Source: a virus (taxonomy: Duplodnaviria > Caudoviricetes). From it: 59,968 bases of DNA. Below, piece by piece: positions 16,721 through 25,648 of the stretch. A model generated the notes under the pieces. That model saw nothing but the letters and a program-made list of their open reading frames with translations, did not search any database and was not told where the DNA came from. The stretch covers positions 1 to 59,968 of IMG/VR virus record IMGVR_UViG_3300045738_001464. One strand, written 5' to 3'. Each line of letters opens with the position of its first letter. Position 1 is the first letter of the stretch. Made by a program: the position numbers and the translations under genes.

Positions 16721-16948
16721 TTAGATTCGCGTGTAATTTGGATAGTTCCCATCTGGGATGGTCAATCCGGAACGATTTAAGGTTTTTCTTGCTTGGGTTT
16801 CGTTGTGGATAGTAAGTAGTCTTTGGCCTTTTCTTGGGTCTGGCGCAAGTGGATAACCGGGATCAGGAAGACTATCCAATGAATTTATATCGTTTATCCG
16901 TGGATAATCATATATATCTACAAAAGGGAGTGTGCTAGTGCCTATCAT
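16721..16948 (-). CDS. Hypothetical protein (75 aa)
   Basis: Fills the gap in the operon; GTGTAA at 16958-16963 lies just upstream. Confidence 0.6.
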   Translation of the reverse strand: MIGTSTLPFVDIYDYPRINDINSLDSLPDPGYPLAPDPRKGQRLLTIHNETQARKTLNRSGLTIPDGNYPNYTRI

Positions 16949-16962
16949 TTACATTAATTACA

Positions 16963-18333
16963 CTAAAATTTTACCCATTCTTTTTTGTCTTTGTGCCACA
17001 TGACTGTTTCGTTAATGGGCAATTCGACTACATCAATTCCGTTTTCCTTTCTTAAGTCCTTCGAGTTAATGAAATAGACCTCGTTCTTGTACCATATGTC
17101 TTTTAGTAAACCTTTCTTAACTAACTTTAACCCATCTTGGATTCTTTTTTCTTCTTCTCTTTTTCTTTTTTCTTCTTCTCTTTTACTTTTTATTTCTTCG
17201 TATTCTCGAAGATTTTCTTCATATTGAGATATATCTTTCCCTTTTCTCAAGTTTCTTAGTTGACCCATCGCTATCACGAGAGAATCACTTTCTTTTTTAT
17301 TTTCGGAATCTTCGGGATACAGGTCAAAAAAATCGTCCCTCAATACCTCAAGAAACTCTTTGTGTTCGGGGTGTTTTTTTTCTTGGATAGCCTTTTCTAA
17401 CCACTCGTCAAGATAATCCATATAATGTAAATCTCTTATGAAATCCGGCTCTATTATTTGAAATTGTACATAGTTTGCGCCATAATTTTCAGACATCTTG
17501 ACAAAGTCTTTCATTTCTTTAAAATTATTCTGTTGCACTACAAAGCTGGTTTGAAAAGAGCATATCTCTCCCGACGCTTTGAGTTCTCCGATAAATTTTA
17601 AATTTTCATGTATACCCTCCCAAGTACCACCTCTTCTATTTATTAGGTATGTTTCCTCTTCGGTGGCATCGACAGAGACGCTTATATGTATTGGTATAGT
17701 CTTTACGTAGTCGCTAATTGTATCCCAATACTTTTTAACAAGTAGGCCGTTAGTTAGAATTCTTAAGAACTTGAGATTTGGTGCGTCGTCTTTTTTGAGG
17801 GTTTGTAAGAGTTTTCTAAATACTGGGCTCGCAAATGCATCTCCTGATGCGGTTATGTCAAAAATTTTTGCATCTTTGAAAAAGTTGTTTTTTATTTTTT
17901 CCTGTAGTTCGAGTGTCTCTTTCTTTTTTTCGCCGGAGATTACAATGACTTTTCTCCTGCACGACGGGCAAGACAAATTGCAAGACCTGTCATATGTGAA
18001 TTCTATTTCTAGGGGACCATGATCTAAGGTGATTTTATTTTGTTTGATATCTTCGACTACTTCTTCATCTCTTATATTCTCAAGTTTTAGAACCGGACCT
18101 GTTTTCGCCACCAAATGTGGACAAGATTTGGCGTTACAATATTTGAATGAACCATCTAAAATTGATTTCCTAAAGTCTTGAGCTTTTTTTCCATTCCAAA
18201 CTTCTTCAGCAGATTGAACCTTAAGGTTACCTATTGTATAATGATCAATCCACGGAGGGCAGCAAGGGAGAACATTTCCGTTATCCATTACTTGCATGTG
18301 ATCAAATGCCCTTGTACAATAATATTTACTCAT
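16963..18333 (-). CDS. Radical SAM protein with N-terminal SPASM/twitch-like domain
   Basis: CNLSCPSC (CxxxCxxC); N-terminal C..AF..MQVMDNGNVLPCC..W...IGN; LTNG; probable start 18333 (ATGA overlap). Confidence 0.88.
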   Translation of the reverse strand: MSKYYCTRAFDHMQVMDNGNVLPCCPPWIDHYTIGNLKVQSAEEVWNGKKAQDFRKSILDGSFKYCNAKSCPHLVAKTGPVLKLENIRDEEVVEDIKQNKITLDHGPLEIEFTYDRSCNLSCPSCRRKVIVISGEKKKETLELQEKIKNNFFKDAKIFDITASGDAFASPVFRKLLQTLKKDDAPNLKFLRILTNGLLVKKYWDTISDYVKTIPIHISVSVDATEEETYLINRRGGTWEGIHENLKFIGELKASGEICSFQTSFVVQQNNFKEMKDFVKMSENYGANYVQFQIIEPDFIRDLHYMDYLDEWLEKAIQEKKHPEHKEFLEVLRDDFFDLYPEDSENKKESDSLVIAMGQLRNLRKGKDISQYEENLREYEEIKSKREEEKRKREEEKRIQDGLKLVKKGLLKDIWYKNEVYFINSKDLRKENGIDVVELPINETVMWHKDKKEWVKF

Positions 18334-18962
18334 TTTTCTATACAAACTAAGTTTTGATAATATGTTATGCTCTTGTATGGGCTTTGAAGCCTTAAATTAT
18401 CTAAGTCTCTTATTTCGCTAGACCAATACTGCTCGTATAGGTCTCTATTTTGAAAAACAGATCTATTATTATCCTCTTCCAGTGCTGTCATCTCTTTTAT
18501 GTTTGTGGAATTGACTATCCTATAATGCCACCCATATAGCGTCAAAACTGTATCTTCTATTATATAAAGCTTCGTAAATTTGTCTTTAAAAAATTCAAAT
18601 GAAGCTAATATATCTTCTACAAAGTGAGACCCGTCATCTATTATTATATCTAATGGGCCAGATTTTTCATATACATCATATAATGTTTTTAGGCTTGACT
18701 GCGAGCCCTCAAAAATATTTATATTAGGTTTCAATAATTCAGCATTGTTTTTCCATCGACCCGAGCAATCGATTCCGTATATTTCTGCGTTATTAAAGTA
18801 CTCATTAAACACCTGAATTGATGACCCATATCTCACACCAATTTCCAGTATTTTGACAGGTGCATCGCGATGTGGCCCCAGAGCTTTTTCATAAAACCAA
18901 TCGTAATTCCCCTTATCTGTATCATACTTTTCGCAAAGGAGTTTAAAGTCGCTTTTGTTCAT
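18330..18962 (-). CDS. Class I SAM-dependent O-methyltransferase (MycE/TylE-like sugar methyltransferase)
   Basis: YDTDK, ILEIGVRYGSS, IYGID, DIIIDDGSH, YIIED motifs. Confidence 0.85.
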   Translation of the reverse strand: MNKSDFKLLCEKYDTDKGNYDWFYEKALGPHRDAPVKILEIGVRYGSSIQVFNEYFNNAEIYGIDCSGRWKNNAELLKPNINIFEGSQSSLKTLYDVYEKSGPLDIIIDDGSHFVEDILASFEFFKDKFTKLYIIEDTVLTLYGWHYRIVNSTNIKEMTALEEDNNRSVFQNRDLYEQYWSSEIRDLDNLRLQSPYKSITYYQNLVCIEK

Positions 18963-19626
18963 ATGCATACCCGAACTGTTCAACGTCTTCCTTGTAATAT
19001 TCCCCAACTAAATCAATTGTTTTAGAATTGTTATAATATAATTTATAATTATATGTTGACGTTACGTGTTTTTCTTTTAATTTTGTTACTTTTAAACCCA
19101 AATGTTTTTGCACATGCCCAAAGTCGTCATTAACATTTTCCAACTTGCCAACAAAATCATATACTAGTCCATTTTTAATATGAAGGCATTCGACATGGGT
19201 TCTCCAATGAGCGTTAGCCATATCGGCGTGGTCTCTTTCTATATTAACAATAAAATCAATAAAATTTTCAAATGAAACATATCCTTGCATTAGGTCGTAT
19301 ATCTTTTGATACGAAAGACCTTGTTGTTCATCTAGTCCCGTGTGGCCGAATGGCCTACGTCTTATAAGCTCTCTAAAAGCTGCAACGACTCTGGTCCACG
19401 GATTCCTTACAAAAGCAATTTTATAGTAGTTTTTGTATTCTTCCGTTGTCTTAAATTGAGAGCTCCATTTGACATTAAAGTCATGATGAATTTTTTTTCT
19501 TATTTCGAAAGGCTTAATCTTTGGGGTGGGGCAACACATAATGGAGTGAAAATAATTAATAAAGCTATTTGTAGCGACCTTGCACACAGGCATGTACAAA
19601 CATTTGATTTTAGGAAATACTAGCAT
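18943..19626 (-). CDS. Sulfotransferase family 2 protein
   Basis: 5'-PSB-like KVATNS, FVRNPWTRVVAAF, NAHW, YDFVGKLE, YYKEDVEQFGY. Confidence 0.85.
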   Translation of the reverse strand: MLVFPKIKCLYMPVCKVATNSFINYFHSIMCCPTPKIKPFEIRKKIHHDFNVKWSSQFKTTEEYKNYYKIAFVRNPWTRVVAAFRELIRRRPFGHTGLDEQQGLSYQKIYDLMQGYVSFENFIDFIVNIERDHADMANAHWRTHVECLHIKNGLVYDFVGKLENVNDDFGHVQKHLGLKVTKLKEKHVTSTYNYKLYYNNSKTIDLVGEYYKEDVEQFGYAYEQKRL

Positions 19627-19628
19627 TT

Positions 19629-20765
19629 TTATTTGTGTTTATATTCCGTTAAGTTTCCAAGATCAACAATTGGATCATCGAAGATCGGGTTCTGTAAAGT
19701 CTTCGCAAACTCCCCAAACTCCGGGTGCGTATCTTTCCAGACGCAATTGCGTTCATATACTTGGACCGGCCACGTACCCCAATCTACAAGTAGCGAAAAA
19801 AATACTTTATCCACCTTCAAGTCTAAACCTATCTTCACTAGCTTATCTAATTCTTTGTAGTTAGCTTTTTGGACAACGCAGTCTATTCTTAGCTCATTGA
19901 TAAGACCTTTTTGTCTTAGAGAACTTAAGAACTTCATATTCTCTTGAAGCCTGTCCCAGTTTCCGCCTCGACGAGTAATTTGATATGTTTCAGGCGTTCC
20001 CGCATCATATGAAACCATAACTGTGTTGATGTTTTTTTGTATTCTTTTCATTTTGTCCCAATACCTTGGGGTAAACATTACTCCGTTTGTTTGTAGGTTA
20101 AAAAATACTCTAGGAAACTTTTCTCCATCTACGTTAAATAGCAACTCTCTAAAAAGTTTTGACCCAAATGGATCTCCCGAACCAGTTACGTTAATAAGGC
20201 AATAATTATCATGAGGCTTTCCAAAGATATGTGCTATTAGTTTGTCTTGTATTTTTTTCTTGGTCTCGTAAACTTTGCCTTCGTAATAAAAGATTTTATT
20301 CACCCTGCAGCTTGGACAGCTTAAATTACAGGACTCATCATAACAAAGGTTATAGAATGTCGGCTCAAGGTCTTTTATTTGATTGTTCTCTATGATTGAT
20401 TTGTGGCGAGGATCTTTGACTTCTTCCCTGTCGGGTAAAGAACCATTCTGTATATAGGGACATAGCTTGTGGTCACAATACTTAAAAGAACCATCTAGTA
20501 TGCTTTTCCTTATGTCTTGCGCTTTTTCCGAATTAAAAATTTCCCCAATCTCTTTTTCTTTTGCGTTTCCTATCTTCTCAGGAAGCCAACTCATACAACA
20601 AACAGACACTGTGCCATCGGGATGGATTTCAAACTGGTCGAATGGATTTTTACAAAATTTTCCTTCTGACTTTTTAGGAATGTTGATTACCCCTTCAGAA
20701 TCTAGGAATTTATCCTTCCTAATCCTTTCTCGGATACTCATTTTATGTCTTTTGTCCCCATTCAT
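19629..20765 (-). CDS. Radical SAM protein with N-terminal SPASM/twitch-like domain (paralog of 16963-18333)
   Basis: CNLSCPSC, C..PF....IHPDGTVSVCC..W...IGN, RKSILDGSFKYC, QTNG, RRGGNW shared with the paralog. Confidence 0.88.
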   Translation of the reverse strand: MNGDKRHKMSIRERIRKDKFLDSEGVINIPKKSEGKFCKNPFDQFEIHPDGTVSVCCMSWLPEKIGNAKEKEIGEIFNSEKAQDIRKSILDGSFKYCDHKLCPYIQNGSLPDREEVKDPRHKSIIENNQIKDLEPTFYNLCYDESCNLSCPSCRVNKIFYYEGKVYETKKKIQDKLIAHIFGKPHDNYCLINVTGSGDPFGSKLFRELLFNVDGEKFPRVFFNLQTNGVMFTPRYWDKMKRIQKNINTVMVSYDAGTPETYQITRRGGNWDRLQENMKFLSSLRQKGLINELRIDCVVQKANYKELDKLVKIGLDLKVDKVFFSLLVDWGTWPVQVYERNCVWKDTHPEFGEFAKTLQNPIFDDPIVDLGNLTEYKHK

Positions 20766-23029
20766 TTTAGTAGGTTATATACCTCACTTTCTTGAATGGA
20801 TTTTTCAAAATGTTCTTTAGACAGCTTATCCCTAGTTTCGCAATCCTTAAGGTACTCATGAGTTTCTTTGATAAGATCAAAGTTTTCAGCTTTTTCAGCA
20901 GCTTCGTCTAAGGATTCATAATAGAACGGATAATCTTTTCCTAAATACTCTATTACTGCTGGCAAGGGATTGACAAGAAGTGGAGTAGCCCTTGCTATGC
21001 ATTCTATTACGGCGTTATTAGCACTGGAGTCGTATAAATCGAGAAAGATGATATTTTTTGAAAGTAAATCATCATACTCCTGATTTGGTAAGGAGCTTTT
21101 TGTTATTGTGTTTTTTGAATATTTGTCTGGTATTTCTATATTGTATATTCTTTTTTCCTTTTCTACTAACTCATCTATTATTTCCATCGGTCTAGATGCA
21201 GAATAGGGAATGAGTCTTATCTTTTCAAAGGTGTTTCCGCTCTCAATCGGAAGAGAGAAAATAGAATTTAGTTTCCTTAACCAGTAACCGATATTTACGA
21301 TTTTTTTCTCTGGATTATTTAAAAATTCTTCATAATTAAAAAGACCTTCTGGTATCTCGGTGGGATGTATAAGAACTGATACCTTTTTGCCCGTAGCTTC
21401 CCTTAAATATTCCGCCTGATATTCCGACAAAGAAAATAAGCCCACGCAATTTTCTAGGCTTTCTTGGAATTCTTTTCCGGCAATTATATTTTGCAAAGAA
21501 AATTCATAAAAGAACCAAGGTGGCATATTCTGAGGATTGTGGAAAAACCCCACCCAAGGCTCTCTATAGGGTATATGTTTTCCGTCTCTCCTGTGCTCTT
21601 CCAAATGCCAAGCAAAATTGTTTTCCAAAAATCCATCAAATAAAACCCCCTTTACATTATGTAAAGGAGCAAGGGCTTCTATTGCAAAGCTCCATCCGCT
21701 CCTATGAGATTGAAAAACTGTTTGTGAATTAAGGTTTATTTTCCCCTCCGGGTTGGACTTCCTAAACAAAAAGCTTTCTGTCCTCCCCCCCCAACCACTA
21801 CCCATTTTTTCGATAAATTCATATATTTCTTTATGTCTTTCGTCATCACTCTCTTCTAGAAGTTTTACCAATCTTCTTTTTGTTCTAATGTTTAGGTCTT
21901 TGAGGTGGTTGTTTTTTTCTAGATTTTCATTTTCTACTGCATGAAAATGGAAACTTCGCGGCTTTTCTATGAATTCTAGACTGCTTCTCCAAAATCCGAT
22001 GTTGTGAGACCTATCAAAAAAACTAATTTCAAACTTTTCGCATATTCGATTCATGCATTCCTGCTCAAAAAATTCTGAGTCATCCAGATAAGTTTCTCTC
22101 CAAAAGCTCGGAAATTCTTTACTCGCGCAAAATACATAACCCGCATTAAAAAATCCAAAATTAACACAGCCATTTGCATCTGGCGTTCCTATTTTATGGT
22201 AATGGGGAGAAAGAAATATATTTTTATCAAATTTTTCTTGAAGTTGATCTACAACAATAATATCGCTATCTAGAAAAAAAGTATTTTCATGGTGGCATAA
22301 TGCAAAATCCATGCATTCCATTTTTTTGAAAATGCATTCTGGTCTATGATAATTGTTAATCCTGTCGAATGAGTATTCAGTTTCTATTTTGCTTAGTGAT
22401 TCTTTTTCCATTTCTATTTCGAAAAAGACATCGTTTAAATCTATATTCAAGCACGATATGAAATATTTTGTTTCCATATCGCAGAACACATATACGGGTT
22501 CCGAGTGAAATAGCCTCAAGCTCTTAAGTAAAATGGCTGCTTCTTCTTTAACTTCTTTTGTCGCGACGAAACAAAAGCTTTCTATTTTGTGGTCGATTTC
22601 CAAAGATTTTTTCTTTTTGAATTCTAATTTATAGGGATATTCATCTTCATAAATGTCAGAAATTTTCCCCAGTGCTTCTTGGGCAAGCGCTGTATTCTTA
22701 GAATGGTGAAATTTTATAGGAAAAAAGGCACTTGCAGAAGTATTGTGCTCTTTTACTTTTTCTAAGGTGTTTGTATTTTTTGAACAATCAGCGACAAAGA
22801 ATATCCATTTTTTGTTCGTCATTTTTTTTTCTATATCTTCTAAAAGTTCTTGAATTTCATTTTCGCAGTCTTTTGTTGTTAAGCATACTCTGAATTTGTC
22901 TATGAACGATTCATTGGCCCCATTCAGCGCTGCATCAAGGACTCTTGAATTTTTAGGCACAAGTGTTCCGTCTTCCATTTCGCGAACGGAAATTGAAACG
23001 TTTCCAAAAACTAACTCTCGTTCTTCCAT
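20762..23029 (-). CDS. Multidomain glycosyltransferase-like protein
   Basis: GT-A/GT8-like FLDSDI, FNAGYVF, FEQ, HNIG; C-terminal GT-B-like ANNAVIECIARATPLLVN. Confidence 0.7.
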   Translation of the reverse strand: MEERELVFGNVSISVREMEDGTLVPKNSRVLDAALNGANESFIDKFRVCLTTKDCENEIQELLEDIEKKMTNKKWIFFVADCSKNTNTLEKVKEHNTSASAFFPIKFHHSKNTALAQEALGKISDIYEDEYPYKLEFKKKKSLEIDHKIESFCFVATKEVKEEAAILLKSLRLFHSEPVYVFCDMETKYFISCLNIDLNDVFFEIEMEKESLSKIETEYSFDRINNYHRPECIFKKMECMDFALCHHENTFFLDSDIIVVDQLQEKFDKNIFLSPHYHKIGTPDANGCVNFGFFNAGYVFCASKEFPSFWRETYLDDSEFFEQECMNRICEKFEISFFDRSHNIGFWRSSLEFIEKPRSFHFHAVENENLEKNNHLKDLNIRTKRRLVKLLEESDDERHKEIYEFIEKMGSGWGGRTESFLFRKSNPEGKINLNSQTVFQSHRSGWSFAIEALAPLHNVKGVLFDGFLENNFAWHLEEHRRDGKHIPYREPWVGFFHNPQNMPPWFFYEFSLQNIIAGKEFQESLENCVGLFSLSEYQAEYLREATGKKVSVLIHPTEIPEGLFNYEEFLNNPEKKIVNIGYWLRKLNSIFSLPIESGNTFEKIRLIPYSASRPMEIIDELVEKEKRIYNIEIPDKYSKNTITKSSLPNQEYDDLLSKNIIFLDLYDSSANNAVIECIARATPLLVNPLPAVIEYLGKDYPFYYESLDEAAEKAENFDLIKETHEYLKDCETRDKLSKEHFEKSIQESEVYNLLK

Positions 23030-23033
23030 GATT

Positions 23034-23270
23034 TTAAGCCTGAGCCCATTCCTCGGTTTTCAATATTTCAAGAAATTCTTTATGGGAATATTCCTTTTTC
23101 CCAATTAAGTCATTTGTAATTTCAAAAATAAAATCCGGCTGCTCTTCCGCATACTTAATAAAGGTTCGCGTTTTGTCCTTGTTCCATCTTAAGGTATATT
23201 CACTTGTTTGTGATACTTCAGAAAAATCTATCAGGTTTGCTTCATCTTTTTCTATTATAACATATCTCAT
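23034..23270 (-). CDS. Small hypothetical virion-associated protein
   Basis: 78 aa, co-oriented directly after the LamG-like gene. Confidence 0.6.
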   Translation of the reverse strand: MRYVIIEKDEANLIDFSEVSQTSEYTLRWNKDKTRTFIKYAEEQPDFIFEITNDLIGKKEYSHKEFLEILKTEEWAQA

Positions 23271-23290
23271 ATTTTTATTTATGGTTAAGA

Positions 23291-24214
23291 TTATGAAATT
23301 TTATAGCCGCTTCCCGGCGTATAATAATATTGGTTTGTTGCTAAATAATTTTGTCTAACTTTAGAATGCTCCAAAGCTCTATTATAAAAATGAAAATGTC
23401 CGAATTTGTGGCCTTCCGTTGAAATATTAATGGTGGAGGTAGAGGCGATAAAAGCACCAATGGCAACTTTTTGAAGTCCAATTCCAGAGAAGTTATCTGG
23501 CCCTGCGCGAAATGGATTAGGTGGATATACTCTTTCCCTTACTCCGTTAATATAAAATCGATAAGCTTCATCATTGGTATTTGATGAATCATACACAAAC
23601 GTGAAATTATACCAACGACTGTCTTCTAGAGCACCTAATCCGTGCTTTTCTCCAGTATTCGCTTCTCCGGGGCCTTCGCCAATTATAAAGCGCTTGGAAC
23701 TTGATTGGCTCCCAATGTCTAATTCTAATCCATTACCTTTTACAATTAGTGCTATTCCGGGATTTGTTCCCTCGAAATAACCAAAGGGACTGCCCAAAGA
23801 CCAAACATAACTATTATTGGTTATTTCCATTGCGTTCCATATGGAAATTGTAAAATCATTACCCAAGTCAGCACGAAAATCAGAAGCATAACCGCCGCCA
23901 GCAAAACTACATGAACCTATAAAATCGTCAGAGCCATCCGATTCAAAAAAAGCAGGATGACCAAGATGGTCTCCACTTCCGGAGATAAATGACATTCCAT
24001 TTAAAACACATAAATCATCATCACCCTTTAAATTGTTATAATCTGTTGGGCTAACATTATAATCGAAACTTTCAGTATTGTTTGGGTCAAAATTTCCACT
24101 AAGATAACCTGAGATAAATTGATCAGGCTGCCAATAGAAATCATCAACTATACCGCTTGATTTGTGTCCTAAGACACTATTCCAAGTAGTGCTGAACCAA
24201 TCCGTAATATGCAT
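23291..24214 (-). CDS. LamG/concanavalin A-like domain protein (putative receptor-binding)
   Basis: DFTISIW, RWYNFTFVYD, FYING, FYNRAL...VRQNY jelly-roll motifs. Confidence 0.75.
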   Translation of the reverse strand: MHITDWFSTTWNSVLGHKSSGIVDDFYWQPDQFISGYLSGNFDPNNTESFDYNVSPTDYNNLKGDDDLCVLNGMSFISGSGDHLGHPAFFESDGSDDFIGSCSFAGGGYASDFRADLGNDFTISIWNAMEITNNSYVWSLGSPFGYFEGTNPGIALIVKGNGLELDIGSQSSSKRFIIGEGPGEANTGEKHGLGALEDSRWYNFTFVYDSSNTNDEAYRFYINGVRERVYPPNPFRAGPDNFSGIGLQKVAIGAFIASTSTINISTEGHKFGHFHFYNRALEHSKVRQNYLATNQYYYTPGSGYKIS

Positions 24215-24216
24215 GA

Positions 24217-24669
24217 TTAATCCTGCTCCGCATATCCAGCTATTGTTCCACTAATTTGAGAATTGAAACATGTAACAACTAGCATTCCTGTTTTTCCAGA
24301 AGGGAATACATCTGGCTTTTCCCCTATAAAACCCATATCAGAATGAAACGTAACACGATTACCTGTTGGGCATGTTATCCTAAGGAGTAAAGAGCTTCCT
24401 ATTTCGATGCCAGTTAAACCGAATGAACCAATGTCTCCTGTAACGTTTGCTGAAGAAAAGCTATTGTCAAAATTGCCAGTAAAATTAGTAATAATTGGAA
24501 TATTACCATAATCATGGAAACCAGTATAGCCACCACCGCCGCCTCCGGCGCTGGATACAGTACCAAACTCACACTCTGTTCCGGCGTCATTTATAACCAC
24601 ACCTTCCCCAGCGGAGCCGCCCGAAGGGCTTATCCTAGATACATTAAGTCGTTTTAGCTTACTGTCCAT
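24217..24669 (-). CDS. Short fibre/adaptor protein sharing its C-terminal domain with the collagen-like fibre
   Basis: LLLRIT...FIGEKPDVFPSGKTGML...CF...AEQD aligns with the fibre C-terminus VLLRVS...FVGESPTSLPSGKIGLL...SF...AVED. Confidence 0.65.
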   Translation of the reverse strand: MDSKLKRLNVSRISPSGGSAGEGVVINDAGTECEFGTVSSAGGGGGGYTGFHDYGNIPIITNFTGNFDNSFSSANVTGDIGSFGLTGIEIGSSLLLRITCPTGNRVTFHSDMGFIGEKPDVFPSGKTGMLVVTCFNSQISGTIAGYAEQD

Positions 24670-24677
24670 TTTATCCT

Positions 24678-25628
24678 TTAATAACTATAGAGGTTCCAAT
24701 GGCCTACGTCTACTACTTTTTTGGTGGCGAAATAATTTTGTCTAATTTGTGAATTTTTAAGCGGTTTATTGTATATCAATGTTCTTCCCACTCTATATCC
24801 AGCATTAGCGTATTGAGTGGGAGTAATATCAGAGGCTAATATTCTACCTATAGTTAGTGGAGCTCCGGTGTTGTGGATAGGATGGCGAAGGATGTGGCCA
24901 CCAAATTCAGCCGCATAAGGACTATCTGGAATGGAAATGTCACCAAATGTCATTATCGGTTCAAAAGAAGGTCCATAAAATAAATCAAAATAACTAATAT
25001 CTTTTTTCTTTGTTATCGAAATCATATACCATCGATCCGGTTCGAAAGTTGGGCGAGGCACGTATTGATCCTTCATAGGGTATCTTTCCATCATCGAACA
25101 CGCTGCGGATTCCATAGTTCCTCCGCCATCAATATTCCAAATTTTGAGACTTCCCACAAGCGGAGCAGTACCGTGGTCGCCGCCACCCCCTTCCCCACTG
25201 TGAGTTGATAGGGCAAATCCTGCCGCACCTTCTCCGGGGCCTTCGTGGTCCGATTGGACAGGGTCAGATCCTATAAGACAACCATTTACCGTTGGACTGC
25301 CCTCATCAAATTTCCACCAAGAACATATGGTAAAACCTTCAGTTATATTAAACTGAAATTTGCTCTCGTATGCTCCATCGAATGGGCCGATATAGTCATC
25401 TGTTCCATCAAATAAAAAATGTCTTGAAGTATCTCCAGTAACAAAAGTGATACCATTTTTGAGTTCTAAGTTTGGCTCTGAAGAAACTAAATTGGTAAAT
25501 TTAGTACCTACCTCATTATAGCTGCCAGTATGGTTTGGATCAAAGTCTCCTATTAAATCATCTGGGTATATACCAGATGGACTCAATGCACCTAATGTGA
25601 CTACTTGCTGTATTCCTGCAACAAACAT
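24678..25628 (-). CDS. LamG/concanavalin A-like domain protein (paralog of 23291-24214)
   Basis: GDFDPN, FDGTDDYIG, FTICSW, RWYMISIT, IYNKPL...IRQNY. Confidence 0.75.
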   Translation of the reverse strand: MFVAGIQQVVTLGALSPSGIYPDDLIGDFDPNHTGSYNEVGTKFTNLVSSEPNLELKNGITFVTGDTSRHFLFDGTDDYIGPFDGAYESKFQFNITEGFTICSWWKFDEGSPTVNGCLIGSDPVQSDHEGPGEGAAGFALSTHSGEGGGGDHGTAPLVGSLKIWNIDGGGTMESAACSMMERYPMKDQYVPRPTFEPDRWYMISITKKKDISYFDLFYGPSFEPIMTFGDISIPDSPYAAEFGGHILRHPIHNTGAPLTIGRILASDITPTQYANAGYRVGRTLIYNKPLKNSQIRQNYFATKKVVDVGHWNLYSY

Positions 25629-25648
25629 ACCTTAATCCTATACCTCAC

